Part shown: piece by piece, positions 38,978 to 48,847 of the stretch
How the letters are laid out: each line of letters begins with the position of its first letter
Numbering within the stretch: position 1 is the stretch's first letter
Assembly (NCBI GenBank): GCA_035326105.1
Contig: DAOKYO010000001.1
Coordinates: 738,115-802,114, forward strand
From: Bacilli bacterium
GTDB lineage: Bacteria; Bacillota_I; Bacilli_A; RFN20; CAG-826
DNA: 64,000 nucleotides
Reading direction: 5' to 3'
Position numbers and translations under genes: made by a program
The notes under the pieces: generated by a model
Database searches by the model: none
Told to the model about the DNA's origin: nothing
The model's input: only the letters and a program-made list of their open reading frames with translations

Positions 38978-39434
38978 TCTTCTGCTTTTGCTTGAAGAAA
39001 AAGGATTGACTATCGGCTCAGTTGAATCCTTTACCGGCGGATTATTCGCTTCGACTTTAACCGCTAATAACGGGGCCTCGAAATCCTTCGTGGGAACGAT
39101 TGTGACGTACGCGACGCGAATTAAGACCGATATTGTCAAAGTTGATTCTCAAGTCATAGCGAAGTATGGAGTCATTTCCAAGGAGTGCGCCTTTGAAATG
39201 GCCCTAAAGGGAAGAGAACTGCTCAATGTGGACTTGGCTATAAGTTTTACGGGGAATGCGGGCCCGGCGACGATGGAAAATAAACCGGCGGGTTTGGGCT
39301 TTATCGGTTTAAGTGACAAGTATGGGACGGAAGTTGTTACCATAAATGGATTTATGAGTCGCAACGAATTTCGTCAACAGGCAGTTTCAGCGGCCATAAA
39401 TTTTATTTTTCAGCGTTTACAAGACAAATATTAA
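38964..39434 (+). CDS. cinA: CinA C-terminal-domain protein (nicotinamide-nucleotide amidohydrolase PncC-like)
   Basis: Internal ATG gives MNASNLLLLLEEKGLTIGSVESFTGGL…TGNAGP. pgsA-cinA-recA order as in Bacillus. No N-terminal MoCF domain. Confidence 0.8.
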   Translation: MNASNLLLLLEEKGLTIGSVESFTGGLFASTLTANNGASKSFVGTIVTYATRIKTDIVKVDSQVIAKYGVISKECAFEMALKGRELLNVDLAISFTGNAGPATMENKPAGLGFIGLSDKYGTEVVTINGFMSRNEFRQQAVSAAINFIFQRLQDKY

Positions 39435-39483
39435 TCAGACAATGACTATTTTTGATACAATCTAATAAGTGAGGAGTAATTGT

Positions 39484-40521
39484 ATGGCAAAAGATTTGAA
39501 TAAGTCGAAGGAGGCCGCATTGGAAGATGCACTCAAAAATATTGAGCGGACCTATGGAAAAGGCGCGGTCATGAAATTAGGGGATCGTCCCCACGTTAAT
39601 GTTGATACTATTCCAACCGGCTCCCTTCTTCTCGATAACGCTCTGGGTGTCGGCGGTTATCCTAAAGGACGGATTATTGAAATATTCGGTCCGGAAAGTA
39701 GCGGTAAGACGACACTTGCCCTACATGCGATTGCCGAGTGTCAGAAAAAGGGTGGCAAAGCCGCTTTTGTTGACGCCGAGCATGCAATCGATCCCGAATA
39801 TGCTTCGAAATTGGGGGTAAATATTGACGAGTTAATTCTTTCGCAACCGGATAATGGGGAGCAGGCACTAGAAATTGTCGAAATGCTGGCCAGCAGCGGA
39901 GCGATAGATATTATCGTTGTTGATAGTGTCGCTGCCTTAGTGCCTCAAGCGGAACTCGATGGAGAAATGGGTGACAACCAAGTCGGATTACAGGCTCGTT
40001 TAATGTCGAAGGCGATGAGAAAATTAGCCGCGATTTTAAATAAAGCCGAGACGACGGTAGTATTCATCAATCAGCTCCGGGAAAAAGTGGGGGTTGTTTA
40101 TGGCAATCCCGAAACCACCAGCGGTGGCCGGGCGTTGAAATTCTACGCGACCATTCGAATTGATATTCGTCGTTCGGAATCTATTAAAGAAGGAACGAAT
40201 ATCATCGGCAATGTTGCCAACATTAAAGTGGTCAAAAATAAAGTTGCCCCTCCTTTTAAATCATGTAAGGTCGATATTATCTATGGACAAGGAATCTCCA
40301 AAACCGGTGAATTGCTCGATTTAGGCGTTGATTTGGACATTATCAAGAAGAGTGGCTCCTGGTATGAATATAACGGCGATCGTATGGGCCAAGGACGCGA
40401 AGCGGCCAAAACATATCTCAGCGACAATGCATCTATCTTTGAAGACATTAAAAATCGCGTCAAAGCGGAAATGAAACCGGCGGGCGACGGCGATGATAGC
40501 GGCGAGGTAGAAGACGAATAA
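39484..40521 (+). CDS. recA: Recombinase RecA
   Basis: GAGGAG SD precedes the ATG. Walker [19 protein letters not shown] and [10 protein letters not shown]. Confidence 0.97.
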   Translation: MAKDLNKSKEAALEDALKNIERTYGKGAVMKLGDRPHVNVDTIPTGSLLLDNALGVGGYPKGRIIEIFGPESSGKTTLALHAIAECQKKGGKAAFVDAEHAIDPEYASKLGVNIDELILSQPDNGEQALEIVEMLASSGAIDIIVVDSVAALVPQAELDGEMGDNQVGLQARLMSKAMRKLAAILNKAETTVVFINQLREKVGVVYGNPETTSGGRALKFYATIRIDIRRSESIKEGTNIIGNVANIKVVKNKVAPPFKSCKVDIIYGQGISKTGELLDLGVDLDIIKKSGSWYEYNGDRMGQGREAAKTYLSDNASIFEDIKNRVKAEMKPAGDGDDSGEVEDE

Positions 40522-40533
40522 AAAAACCGAATT

Positions 40534-40557
40534 AAGTCCCAGTTGGGACTTTTTTTC
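40534..40557 (+). terminator. Intrinsic terminator of recA
   Basis: agtccc-agtt-gggact hairpin followed by TTTTTT. Confidence 0.85.
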
Positions 40558-40619
40558 TTTCAACTTAATGCGGTATGTGGTAAAGTTGTAAAACAGACTT
40601 ATCTGTTGTAGGAGTTATT

Positions 40620-41762
40620 ATGCATAAAAAATTCTTTCTTCTTATCCCGCTTTTGACGGTTTCCAGTTGTTCGTTTCCGACGTCCGAAACTAGCAATCCG
40701 CCCAGCACCATTTCTGGGACCTCATCAAGTGAAGAGTCATCTAATTCTATTTCCGACTCCCAAAGTGGAGATACTTCAAGCACTTCAGAATTATCGGAAG
40801 GAGAATATGTCGATAACATCAATAATATTGATCTGCAAACTTATGGTAATAAAATCAGTGCTCAGTTCTATATACCGGCGCTGGGAAACGATCCTTATGC
40901 CGATGTCGATGTTGAGCAATTTTATGAGAATTATCAACCGGCAGGAAGTTACGAGGATAGTTATTTTAGATCGGTGCATCATCTGTTAAGCGGTGAAAAC
41001 GTTGAATTATCGAGTTACTATGAGCCGATTATCAATCAAATCGACGACGAGATTAGTTATCGCGTTCAAAATGGTCGTTATATTCTGGATGTAAATGGAA
41101 ATTATTTAGCCTATTATCTTAACTCAGCAACCGATGTAGATAATAAAGGTCAATCCAGCACCCACGTTATCTATTATGGTGGGGCTTACACTTCCATGGA
41201 AGAAGTGGCCGCCTATTTATATGCTTTTGGAGAAGTACCGGCAAACTCGGACTACGATAAGGGAAAATCCGGACAAACACAATCAATCAGTGATTGGGGA
41301 GTCTATGGCCGAGTCAACACGGATTATTTTAGTGGTGACACCGGAAGTTATCCTTACGAGCCGGTTTTACCAGAACTTAACTATGTGAGCTATACCGAAA
41401 CGGATTTTGGCACGACGGGATACTTTATGAATTCTTGGTCATCTAACTATACCGACGACCCTTATAACAGCGGCTATAAGATAACCCGGGGAGCGGCTCG
41501 CTTTATATTTGGATCAAATACGAGCGATTCCAAGAATATTGACGAACGGCATGTGTTTTACACCTATAACCACTATAATGATATGCAGGAATATCTGAAC
41601 TATGAAAATGGTTGGGGACTACGCTTCGGCTCGCAATCGGCGGGAAACGAATATGTAGCGGGCTCAAATGATTGGTATAATTACGAAAATCATTATGGGG
41701 TTGCCCCTAATGAGCCGACGGAATATCCGGGTTACTCATTTGTTGACTTTAAAGATTTATGA
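40620..41762 (+). CDS. Lipoprotein with a C-terminal barnase/N1-T1-family ribonuclease-like domain
   Basis: Signal peptide and lipobox LLTVSSC, then a Ser-rich linker. The later block VAAYLYAFGEVPAN…YTETDF…ITRGAARFIF…FYTYNHY aligns by eye with barnase VADYLQTYHKLPDN…WREADI…RNSDRILY…YKTTDHY (catalytic E, R, R, H). Confidence 0.5.
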   Translation: MHKKFFLLIPLLTVSSCSFPTSETSNPPSTISGTSSSEESSNSISDSQSGDTSSTSELSEGEYVDNINNIDLQTYGNKISAQFYIPALGNDPYADVDVEQFYENYQPAGSYEDSYFRSVHHLLSGENVELSSYYEPIINQIDDEISYRVQNGRYILDVNGNYLAYYLNSATDVDNKGQSSTHVIYYGGAYTSMEEVAAYLYAFGEVPANSDYDKGKSGQTQSISDWGVYGRVNTDYFSGDTGSYPYEPVLPELNYVSYTETDFGTTGYFMNSWSSNYTDDPYNSGYKITRGAARFIFGSNTSDSKNIDERHVFYTYNHYNDMQEYLNYENGWGLRFGSQSAGNEYVAGSNDWYNYENHYGVAPNEPTEYPGYSFVDFKDL

Positions 41763-41768
41763 TAATTT

Positions 41769-41792
41769 AGCCCTTTCAAAAAGGGCTTTTTT
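41769..41792 (+). terminator. Intrinsic terminator
   Basis: agcccttt-caaa-aagggct hairpin followed by TTTTT. Confidence 0.85.
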
Positions 41793-41865
41793 CAACCCAT
41801 TGTTAGCCATATTTGCAAAAAAATCCCTTTTTGCCCGCCCTAAAGCGATGTTCAAGTTTTTTCTC

Positions 41866-41894
41866 TTTTCAATTTTCCCAGTTTCACATATAAT
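41866..41894 (+). promoter_or_regulatory. Putative sigma-A promoter of the rny leader
   Basis: TTTTCA (41866-41871), 17-nt spacer, TATAAT (41889-41894). Confidence 0.45.
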
Positions 41895-42012
41895 AAAAGC
41901 GTACCTAATCAGTACCAATCCTTGAGAAAACTCTTCGTTTGTATTTCGTCCTCATTTGGGACTATAAATATACATATTCATCTATGACGATAATAACGCT
42001 TGAGAAATACTC

Positions 42013-42037
42013 AGGGCATAGAATGTCCCCTTTTTTT
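42013..42037 (+). terminator. Terminator-like hairpin and U-run inside the rny 5' leader (possible attenuator)
   Basis: agggcat-aga-atgtcccc (one bulge) followed by TTTTTTT. It lies ~60 nt upstream of the rny ATG. Confidence 0.4.
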
Positions 42038-42095
42038 GTAGGGCAAACTTCTATGATATTGGAATTACCGATTATTACTTAAAGGAGCAACAAAC

Positions 42096-43655
42096 ATGAA
42101 TCCGCTAGGCTATATCGTCAGCGCGATTGCACTTGTTGTTGGTTTTATCCTTGGACTTGTTTGTTTCTATTTTGTTCCGTTTTTTAAAGCTAAAAGTGCT
42201 CTTCGACGCGCAGATAAAATAATCCGCGATGCCGATATCAAAGCCGAACACATTATTAAAAACGCCGAACTTGATGCCAAGCAAGCCACGATTGAAGCTA
42301 AGCAAGAGGCTGATCGCCAAATTAAAGAGAAGAAGCAGGAAATTGCCGTCTTACAAAATCAGATGGCGCAAAGAGAACAGTCGATTGATCGTCGAGACAT
42401 TGCGTTACTTAGCAAAGAGCAGTCTCTCGAGGACAAAAATGAAAACCTTAATCGCAAGATTAAGGAAGTCGAAAAAAAGGACGAGGAGTATCAGAAGAAA
42501 CTTGATTCAATAATTTCCGAATTAGAAAAAGTTTCGCAGATGTCGATGAATGAGGCCCGGGATGAAATCTTCCGGCGGGTTGAATCTAAACTCAGCAAGG
42601 AAATCGCCGCCTTCATCCGGACGAAGGAAGAGGAGGCGGAAGCTTCCGTTAATGAGAAGGCTCGCGACTTATTGGCCTTAGCTATGAATAAGTATTCGCA
42701 GGAAGTAACAACGGAAAGAACCGTTTCGACAGTCTCCCTTCCAAGCGATGAAATGAAGGGCCGTATTATCGGCCGCGAAGGCCGGAACATTCGTTCGTTA
42801 GAACAACTTCTCGGCGTTGATTTGATTATTGATGACACTCCCGAAGTTATCACTGTCAGTTGTTTTGATCCAATTCGAAGAGAGATCGCCACGCGTAGTT
42901 TGAATTACCTTGTTCGCGATGGACGGATTCAACCGGGACGAATTGAGGAAGTGGTTGAGAAGGTTAAAAGTGAACTGGATGAAGTCATAGATAAGGCCGG
43001 TCAGGAAGCCGCGTTTAAATTGGGTCTTCCTCGTATCAACAAAGAACTTCTTAAATATGTCGGACGCCTAAAATTCAGAACCAGCTATGGTCAAAACGGT
43101 TATCAACATAGCATTGAAGTCGCAACTTTATGCGGTATTATGGCAGCCGAACTTGGACTTGATCAGAATTTAGCTAAGCGGTGTGGATTACTCCACGACA
43201 TCGGAAAAGCGGCAGATTTCGAACTCGAGGGCTCGCATGTGGAAATCGGTGTTCGTTTAGCCAAGAAATATGGTGAACCGGATGAGGTTATCAATTCCAT
43301 TGAGGCTCACCATGGAGACGTGGAAAGCAAATACATTTATACCCAACTAGTTATCGCTGCGGATACCTTATCAGCCGCCCGTCCGGGAGCTCGTAGCGAG
43401 ACGATGGAAAACTATGTTAAACGAATTGAACAATTGGAGACAATTTGTAAATCGTACGAAGGCGTTAATAATTGTTTTGCGATGCAAAGCGGCCGCGAGG
43501 TTCGGGTTATGGTTGTCCCCGATAAGGTCGATGATTTGGCGGCATTTAAATTGGCGCGCGACATTCGCGAACGTATTGAAAATGAAATGACCTATCCGGG
43601 TCAGATTAAAATTTCGGTCATCCGAGAATTTAGAGCGCAAGAAACAGCCAAATAA
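42096..43655 (+). CDS. rny: Ribonuclease Y
   Basis: N-terminal TM, coiled coil, KH domain (MKGRIIGREGRNIRSLE) and HD domain (LLHDIGKA…HHGD). Confidence 0.96.
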   Translation: MNPLGYIVSAIALVVGFILGLVCFYFVPFFKAKSALRRADKIIRDADIKAEHIIKNAELDAKQATIEAKQEADRQIKEKKQEIAVLQNQMAQREQSIDRRDIALLSKEQSLEDKNENLNRKIKEVEKKDEEYQKKLDSIISELEKVSQMSMNEARDEIFRRVESKLSKEIAAFIRTKEEEAEASVNEKARDLLALAMNKYSQEVTTERTVSTVSLPSDEMKGRIIGREGRNIRSLEQLLGVDLIIDDTPEVITVSCFDPIRREIATRSLNYLVRDGRIQPGRIEEVVEKVKSELDEVIDKAGQEAAFKLGLPRINKELLKYVGRLKFRTSYGQNGYQHSIEVATLCGIMAAELGLDQNLAKRCGLLHDIGKAADFELEGSHVEIGVRLAKKYGEPDEVINSIEAHHGDVESKYIYTQLVIAADTLSAARPGARSETMENYVKRIEQLETICKSYEGVNNCFAMQSGREVRVMVVPDKVDDLAAFKLARDIRERIENEMTYPGQIKISVIREFRAQETAK

Positions 43656-43663
43656 GTGTTCTT

Positions 43664-43684
43664 AAAGGGGCCTCGGCCCCTTTT
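43664..43684 (+). terminator. Intrinsic terminator (probably partial) between rny and ymdB
   Basis: aaaggggc-ctcg-gccccttttt. Confidence 0.7.
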
Positions 43685-43700
43685 ATAATTAGGAGTTAAT

Positions 43701-44501
43701 ATGCGAATTTTATTTATTGGTGACATCGTGGCCAAAGTCGGACGCAAAACCGTTCAGCACGAACTGCCGGGATTGATTGAAAAATATAAGATTGATTTTG
43801 TTATCGCTAACGGCGAGAATGCCACGCACGGAAAAGGGTTGATTTATCATCATTACCAGGAGCTTTTGAATTACGGAATCGATGCCATTACTTTGGGCAA
43901 TCATTACGATGATAAAAGTGAAATTGAGAAATATCTTGACGCGGCCACCGAAGTTATTCGCCCTTTGAACATAAAAAAAGATTTCCCGGGCGTGGGAAGC
44001 GCGGTTTTTAAAAGTGAAGATGGAACAACGATTCGCATAACTAATCTTTTGGGACAGGCTTTTCTAGAGATGGACGTCGAGAATCCCTTTTTATTCTTTG
44101 AGGCCTTTTTAAAGACGATCGAGCCGACAAATATTCACATAGTTGATTTCCATGGCGAAGCGACCGCCGAAAAGCAGGCGTTTGGGTTGGCCTTCGCTGG
44201 TCAAATCAGTGCTGTCATTGGAACGCATACGCATGTGCAAACACGCGATTACCGCATAATCGATGATTTTACCGGCTATATCAGTGATGTGGGAATGACC
44301 GGGCCTTACAACGGGGTCTTGGGCACAGATAAAGAAGGAGTGATTTCTAAGATGTTTAATCGAGAAAAATCTCACTTCAGTTATGAAAAAAAAGATGATG
44401 GTTTATTTAGTGCGGTTGTGCTCGATATCGACGAGATGACGGGCGCCTGTCAGAGTGTTTTTCCTGTTTATTCTATTGTAAAGGCGAGTGAATTAAGATG
44501 A
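43701..44501 (+). CDS. ymdB: YmdB-family metallophosphoesterase (2',3'-cyclic-nucleotide 2'-phosphodiesterase)
   Basis: MRILFIGDIV…ANGEN…GNH…DFHGEATAEK…GTHTHV. Sits downstream of rny, as in Bacillus. Confidence 0.88.
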   Translation: MRILFIGDIVAKVGRKTVQHELPGLIEKYKIDFVIANGENATHGKGLIYHHYQELLNYGIDAITLGNHYDDKSEIEKYLDAATEVIRPLNIKKDFPGVGSAVFKSEDGTTIRITNLLGQAFLEMDVENPFLFFEAFLKTIEPTNIHIVDFHGEATAEKQAFGLAFAGQISAVIGTHTHVQTRDYRIIDDFTGYISDVGMTGPYNGVLGTDKEGVISKMFNREKSHFSYEKKDDGLFSAVVLDIDEMTGACQSVFPVYSIVKASELR

Positions 44502-45946
44502 AAGATCAAAAAATTGTTATTCATAACGAACCGGATTTTAATAAAGCCCGCGATCGACGGAAAGCCGATACGATTTTTAGCGATGCCAAACTTAAGATAA
44601 GCTCGCTTTTAAGAGAGTATGCCAGAGGAAAGCGATATTTTATTCGCACCTATGGTTGCCAAGCCAATGTTCGCGACAGCGAAACCATGATGGGAATCCT
44701 TGAAGAAATCGGCTTTGTTCATAGCGATGACTACAATGAAGCGGATGTCATTATTATCAACACCTGTGCGGTTAGGGAAAATGCCGAAGATAAAGTCTTC
44801 GGGGAAGTGGGGTCCCTTAAGAGTTTGAAAGCCAAGCGACCCGGGCTAATTGTTGCCGTCGGCGGTTGTATGGTTCAACAGGGGGTTATTGTTGATACGT
44901 TAAAGAATAAGTACACGCAGGTAGACTTAATTTTTGGCACCCATAATATCGAGTATCTACCTGATTATCTGAACGAAATTATCACCACGCGGAAAAGAAT
45001 CGTCGATGTTATTTCAAAGCCAGGGGAAGTAATTGAGAATTTACCTTCCGTTCGCATCGATCGCTACAAAGCATTTGTCAACATCATCTATGGATGCGAT
45101 AAGTTTTGCACTTATTGCATCGTTCCCTACACCCGCGGGCGGGAACGGAGTCGCAAGAAGGAAGAAATTATCAAGGAGTGTCGGCAATTGGTGGCGGATG
45201 GTTATCAGGAAATCACCCTTCTCGGTCAGAATGTTAACGCTTATGGAAAAGATTTAGCGGATGGAACTGACTTTGCCGGGCTGTTGGCGGATGTGGCTGA
45301 GTTAGGCATTCCTCGTCTACGCTTCACAACCTCCCATCCGTGGGATTTCTCGAGCAAAATGATCGAAGTTATAGGTGAATATCCCAATATTATGAAGGCT
45401 ATTCATCTTCCCTTTCAAAGTGGAAATGCCAATATATTACGCCGGATGGGTCGCCGGTATACTCCGGATAGTTATCGGGCTCTGATCGATGAGATGAAGG
45501 CGAAAATTCCCGAAGTAAGTTTCACCACCGATATTATTGTCGGCTTTCCAAACGAGACTTATGAAGAATTCTGTGACACTAAAAAGATGGTTGAATATGT
45601 TGAATTCGATAATGCCTTCACATTCATTTATTCGCCTCGACCGGGAACCCCGGCCGCTAAACTGGCGGATAATGTCAGCGAGGAAGAAAAACATCGCCGC
45701 TTTGATGAATTGGTGGACACTGTCGAAAAATGCGCGAGTAAGAACGCCGAAAAAATGGTGGGCAAAATTTACTCGATTTTGGTCGATTCGGTCTCTAAAC
45801 GCAACGAAGAAGTGATGTCGGGATATACGGAGAACAATAAACTGGTTAATTTCCCGGGAACAGTCGATTTGATTGGCAAGATTGTTAAAGTGAAAATTTT
45901 GGAATCGAAGGTCTATTCACTTCGGGGAGAGTTGGTAAGTGAATAA
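44498..45946 (+). CDS. miaB: tRNA-2-methylthio-N6-dimethylallyladenosine synthase MiaB
   Basis: UPF0004 N-domain Cys residues (YGCQANVRDSE, NTCAVRE), radical-SAM CDKFCTYC and a TRAM C-terminus. Confidence 0.92.
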   Translation: MKDQKIVIHNEPDFNKARDRRKADTIFSDAKLKISSLLREYARGKRYFIRTYGCQANVRDSETMMGILEEIGFVHSDDYNEADVIIINTCAVRENAEDKVFGEVGSLKSLKAKRPGLIVAVGGCMVQQGVIVDTLKNKYTQVDLIFGTHNIEYLPDYLNEIITTRKRIVDVISKPGEVIENLPSVRIDRYKAFVNIIYGCDKFCTYCIVPYTRGRERSRKKEEIIKECRQLVADGYQEITLLGQNVNAYGKDLADGTDFAGLLADVAELGIPRLRFTTSHPWDFSSKMIEVIGEYPNIMKAIHLPFQSGNANILRRMGRRYTPDSYRALIDEMKAKIPEVSFTTDIIVGFPNETYEEFCDTKKMVEYVEFDNAFTFIYSPRPGTPAAKLADNVSEEEKHRRFDELVDTVEKCASKNAEKMVGKIYSILVDSVSKRNEEVMSGYTENNKLVNFPGTVDLIGKIVKVKILESKVYSLRGELVSE

Positions 45947-46259
45947 CGATCAATTTAAAACTGCCCTCGACAATTTGTCTGAACACCTTTTTTCATTGCC
46001 GCTTATTAAGGAATATTTATTTTCGAAATCGGCACTAGACAACGATCAAGTTCTGAAAGCTATGGAGAAAGAACTTAGGGTGAAGAAAAAAGCTTTGGCT
46101 CAATCTTTTAACGACGATACTGCTCACCAAAAGGCAAAGGAAGAATATGAGACATTGCAAAAGAAGTTTGATTCGTATCCCCCGCTATTGAACTTTCGGC
46201 TTTTAGAAGAGAATGTCTACAATCTCCTCTTTGAATTAAGAGAGATACTTCGCCCTTAA
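45939..46259 (+). CDS. ymcA: YmcA/YlbF-family (Com_YlbF, RicA-like) protein
   Basis: 106-aa helical protein in the conserved miaB-ymcA-mutS position. GTG start overlaps the miaB end. Confidence 0.6.
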   Translation: MNNDQFKTALDNLSEHLFSLPLIKEYLFSKSALDNDQVLKAMEKELRVKKKALAQSFNDDTAHQKAKEEYETLQKKFDSYPPLLNFRLLEENVYNLLFELREILRP

Positions 46260-46314
46260 AATGTCCGATTATTCTTTTGTTTTGTGTTAAAATAAGTACA
46301 TCGTGGAGTTGATT

Positions 46315-48837
46315 ATGAAAAATAAAAAAGAACCTTATACCCCGATGATGATGCAATATTTATCGATTAAGAAGAAGTATCCGGACACGCTTATTCTTTT
46401 TCGCTTAGGGGATTTTTATGAATTGTTTTTTGATGATGCCAAACTCGCCAGTCGCGTGCTTTCACTGGCACTTACAGGAAAAAATGCCGGGGCTCAGGAT
46501 CGAGTTCCGATGTGCGGCGTTCCTTATCATGCGATCAAGAGTTATATCGCAAAACTAATTGCCAACGGATATAAAGTCGGAATTGTCGAGCAGATGGAAG
46601 ATCCGGCCGAAGCGGTTGGCTTGGTGGACCGGGATGTGGTGCAAATCATTACTCCGGGAGCTTTCATTGATTACGATGGCAGTGAAAATAATTATATTGC
46701 GTCTTTAGATGAAACGGAATTTAACTTTGTCCTTGCCTACTGCGACCTTTCGACAGGTGAACTATATGTGACTAACGTTGAGCATGATGAACACTCTCTT
46801 TTGAGCGCTCTTGACAATATAGCCACCAAAGAATTGGTGGTAAAGACGGATTTTTCTGAAAAAATTTTGGAGGCTATTCGCTCTCATCGCGGAATATTAA
46901 TCAGCCGCGAAGATCAACAAACGCTTACTTTGGAACAGGAACCGCTGTTAAATGAGGTGCAGGATCTTTTTCAAATGAAGGCCGTGATTCGCCTCGTTAC
47001 CTATCTTCAAGAAACACAGCGTCGGCAGTTGAGTTATCTTCGCCCGGCGGTAGTAATCAAAGCAAGTAAAACACTGCAGATTGATGCTTTTTCCCGTTTA
47101 AACTTAGAGTTGACGCGGACGATACGCAGCGAGGAAAAATACGGTTCTCTTTTTTGGCTTCTCGATGACACTAAAACGGCGATGGGCGCGCGGGAATTAA
47201 AAAAATGGATCAATGCCCCCAGCAGTGATTTAAATGAGATTCTCAGACGTCAAAATATTGTTTCAACCTTGATAGCCAATTTTTTATCGCGCGATGAACT
47301 GCGAGATTATTTAAATGAGGTATATGATCTTGAACGGCTTATTGCGCGGATATCTTTCGGAAATGCCAATGGGCGCGACCTTTTGCAGTTAAAGAACTCG
47401 CTGGCAATTGTCCCTTCAATTAAGAGCAAAATTGCTGCCGTTAACAATGGCAATCTTATTAATCTGGCCGCTAAAATGAACCCCTTGGAGGACATCTGCC
47501 GCTTAATAGAAAAGGCGGTATCGGCGGAAGCGCCAATTACGATTCGGGAAGGTGGAATTTTTAATCCCGGATATAATCAAGAATTGGATGAACTGCTGGA
47601 TATTGCCCACAATTCCAAAAAATACATCGCTTCTTTGGAAGCGAAGGAACGGGAACGGACCGGAATAAAGAATCTTCGTATTGGATTCAACAAAGTTTTC
47701 GGTTATTACATTGAAATTTCCAATTCCTTTAAACCGCTTATTAAGGATGAATACGGATATATTCGCAAACAGACGACGGTCAACGGCGAACGTTTCATCA
47801 CCGAGGAGTTAAAGGAAAAGGAAGCGTTGATTCTCTCTGCGGATGAAAAGCAAAAAAAACTCGAATATCAGCTGTTTGTTGAACTCCGCGATACCATCAG
47901 TCATCGCACCCTTGAAATTCAAAATCTGGCTAATGCGTTAGCCGAATTAGACGTTTTGGCTTCTTTAGCTGAAGTTTCGGCCAAAAACCGCTACGTAGCT
48001 CCGACTTTTAATCATGAGCGAAAAGTGGAAATTATCGACGGCAAGCATCCGGTTATAGACAAGGTGCTCAAACAATCAAAATTTGTCGCAAATGATATTA
48101 TGATGGATGCCAAAACGGATGTTTTGTTGATTACCGGCCCCAACATGGGCGGTAAATCAACCTATATGCGGGAGATGGCTTTAATCGTTATTCTTGCTCA
48201 AATAGGGTCGTTTGTTCCATCTAAAAGCGCTTCACTTCCGGTTTTTGATCAAATATTTACGCGGATTGGCGCGAGTGATGATTTGGTAAGTGGTCAATCG
48301 ACTTTTATGGTTGAAATGAGCGAGACGAATTATGCGCTTCGCCACGCCAGTTCCGACTCGCTGCTGCTTTTTGATGAGATTGGAAGAGGAACTTCAACTT
48401 TTGATGGCATGGCTTTAGCCCAAGCCATTATTGAATACGTTACAAGCAAAATTCACGCCAAAACACTTTTTTCGACTCATTATCATGAATTGACAAAAAT
48501 CGATGGAGACTTACTCGGAATTAAGAATATTCACGTTGAAGTAAAAGAGGAAAATGACCATGTCACCTTCCTTTATAAGGTTCTTCCCGGATCGATGAAC
48601 AAGTCTTATGGCATCAATGTGGCCAGATTGGCGCATCTTCCAGATGATCTTTTAGCACGGGCGACGGTTATTTTATCGACTTTGGAAAAGAAGGAAGTAC
48701 CTTTTTCTTCACCGACGGAAAACATTGCTTCGATCACGGAAGATCCATGGATTGATGAAGTACGGAAAATCGATCCGTTGGCGATGACACCGCTGGAGGC
48801 TTTAAATTTTCTATATGATATTAAAAAGAAAATGTGA
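46315..48837 (+). CDS. mutS: DNA mismatch repair protein MutS
   Basis: N-terminal YTPMMMQYL…FRLGDFYELFF and Walker A GPNMGGKST. The ATG at 46315 is preferred to the GTG at 46303. Confidence 0.97.
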   Translation: MKNKKEPYTPMMMQYLSIKKKYPDTLILFRLGDFYELFFDDAKLASRVLSLALTGKNAGAQDRVPMCGVPYHAIKSYIAKLIANGYKVGIVEQMEDPAEAVGLVDRDVVQIITPGAFIDYDGSENNYIASLDETEFNFVLAYCDLSTGELYVTNVEHDEHSLLSALDNIATKELVVKTDFSEKILEAIRSHRGILISREDQQTLTLEQEPLLNEVQDLFQMKAVIRLVTYLQETQRRQLSYLRPAVVIKASKTLQIDAFSRLNLELTRTIRSEEKYGSLFWLLDDTKTAMGARELKKWINAPSSDLNEILRRQNIVSTLIANFLSRDELRDYLNEVYDLERLIARISFGNANGRDLLQLKNSLAIVPSIKSKIAAVNNGNLINLAAKMNPLEDICRLIEKAVSAEAPITIREGGIFNPGYNQELDELLDIAHNSKKYIASLEAKERERTGIKNLRIGFNKVFGYYIEISNSFKPLIKDEYGYIRKQTTVNGERFITEELKEKEALILSADEKQKKLEYQLFVELRDTISHRTLEIQNLANALAELDVLASLAEVSAKNRYVAPTFNHERKVEIIDGKHPVIDKVLKQSKFVANDIMMDAKTDVLLITGPNMGGKSTYMREMALIVILAQIGSFVPSKSASLPVFDQIFTRIGASDDLVSGQSTFMVEMSETNYALRHASSDSLLLFDEIGRGTSTFDGMALAQAIIEYVTSKIHAKTLFSTHYHELTKIDGDLLGIKNIHVEVKEENDHVTFLYKVLPGSMNKSYGINVARLAHLPDDLLARATVILSTLEKKEVPFSSPTENIASITEDPWIDEVRKIDPLAMTPLEALNFLYDIKKKM

Positions 48838-48847
48838 GGTCATATAA

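Noticed and set aside
38964-39434. CinA lacking its N-terminal MoCF domain, a possible truncation or pseudogene
   Set aside because: Stand-alone PncC-type CinA C-terminal-domain proteins are common. The ORF is intact, with conserved motifs and a coupled start.
41984-42082. 32-codon ORF in the rny leader, a possible leader peptide
   Set aside because: There is no Shine-Dalgarno sequence upstream of its ATG and no codon pattern suggestive of attenuation control.
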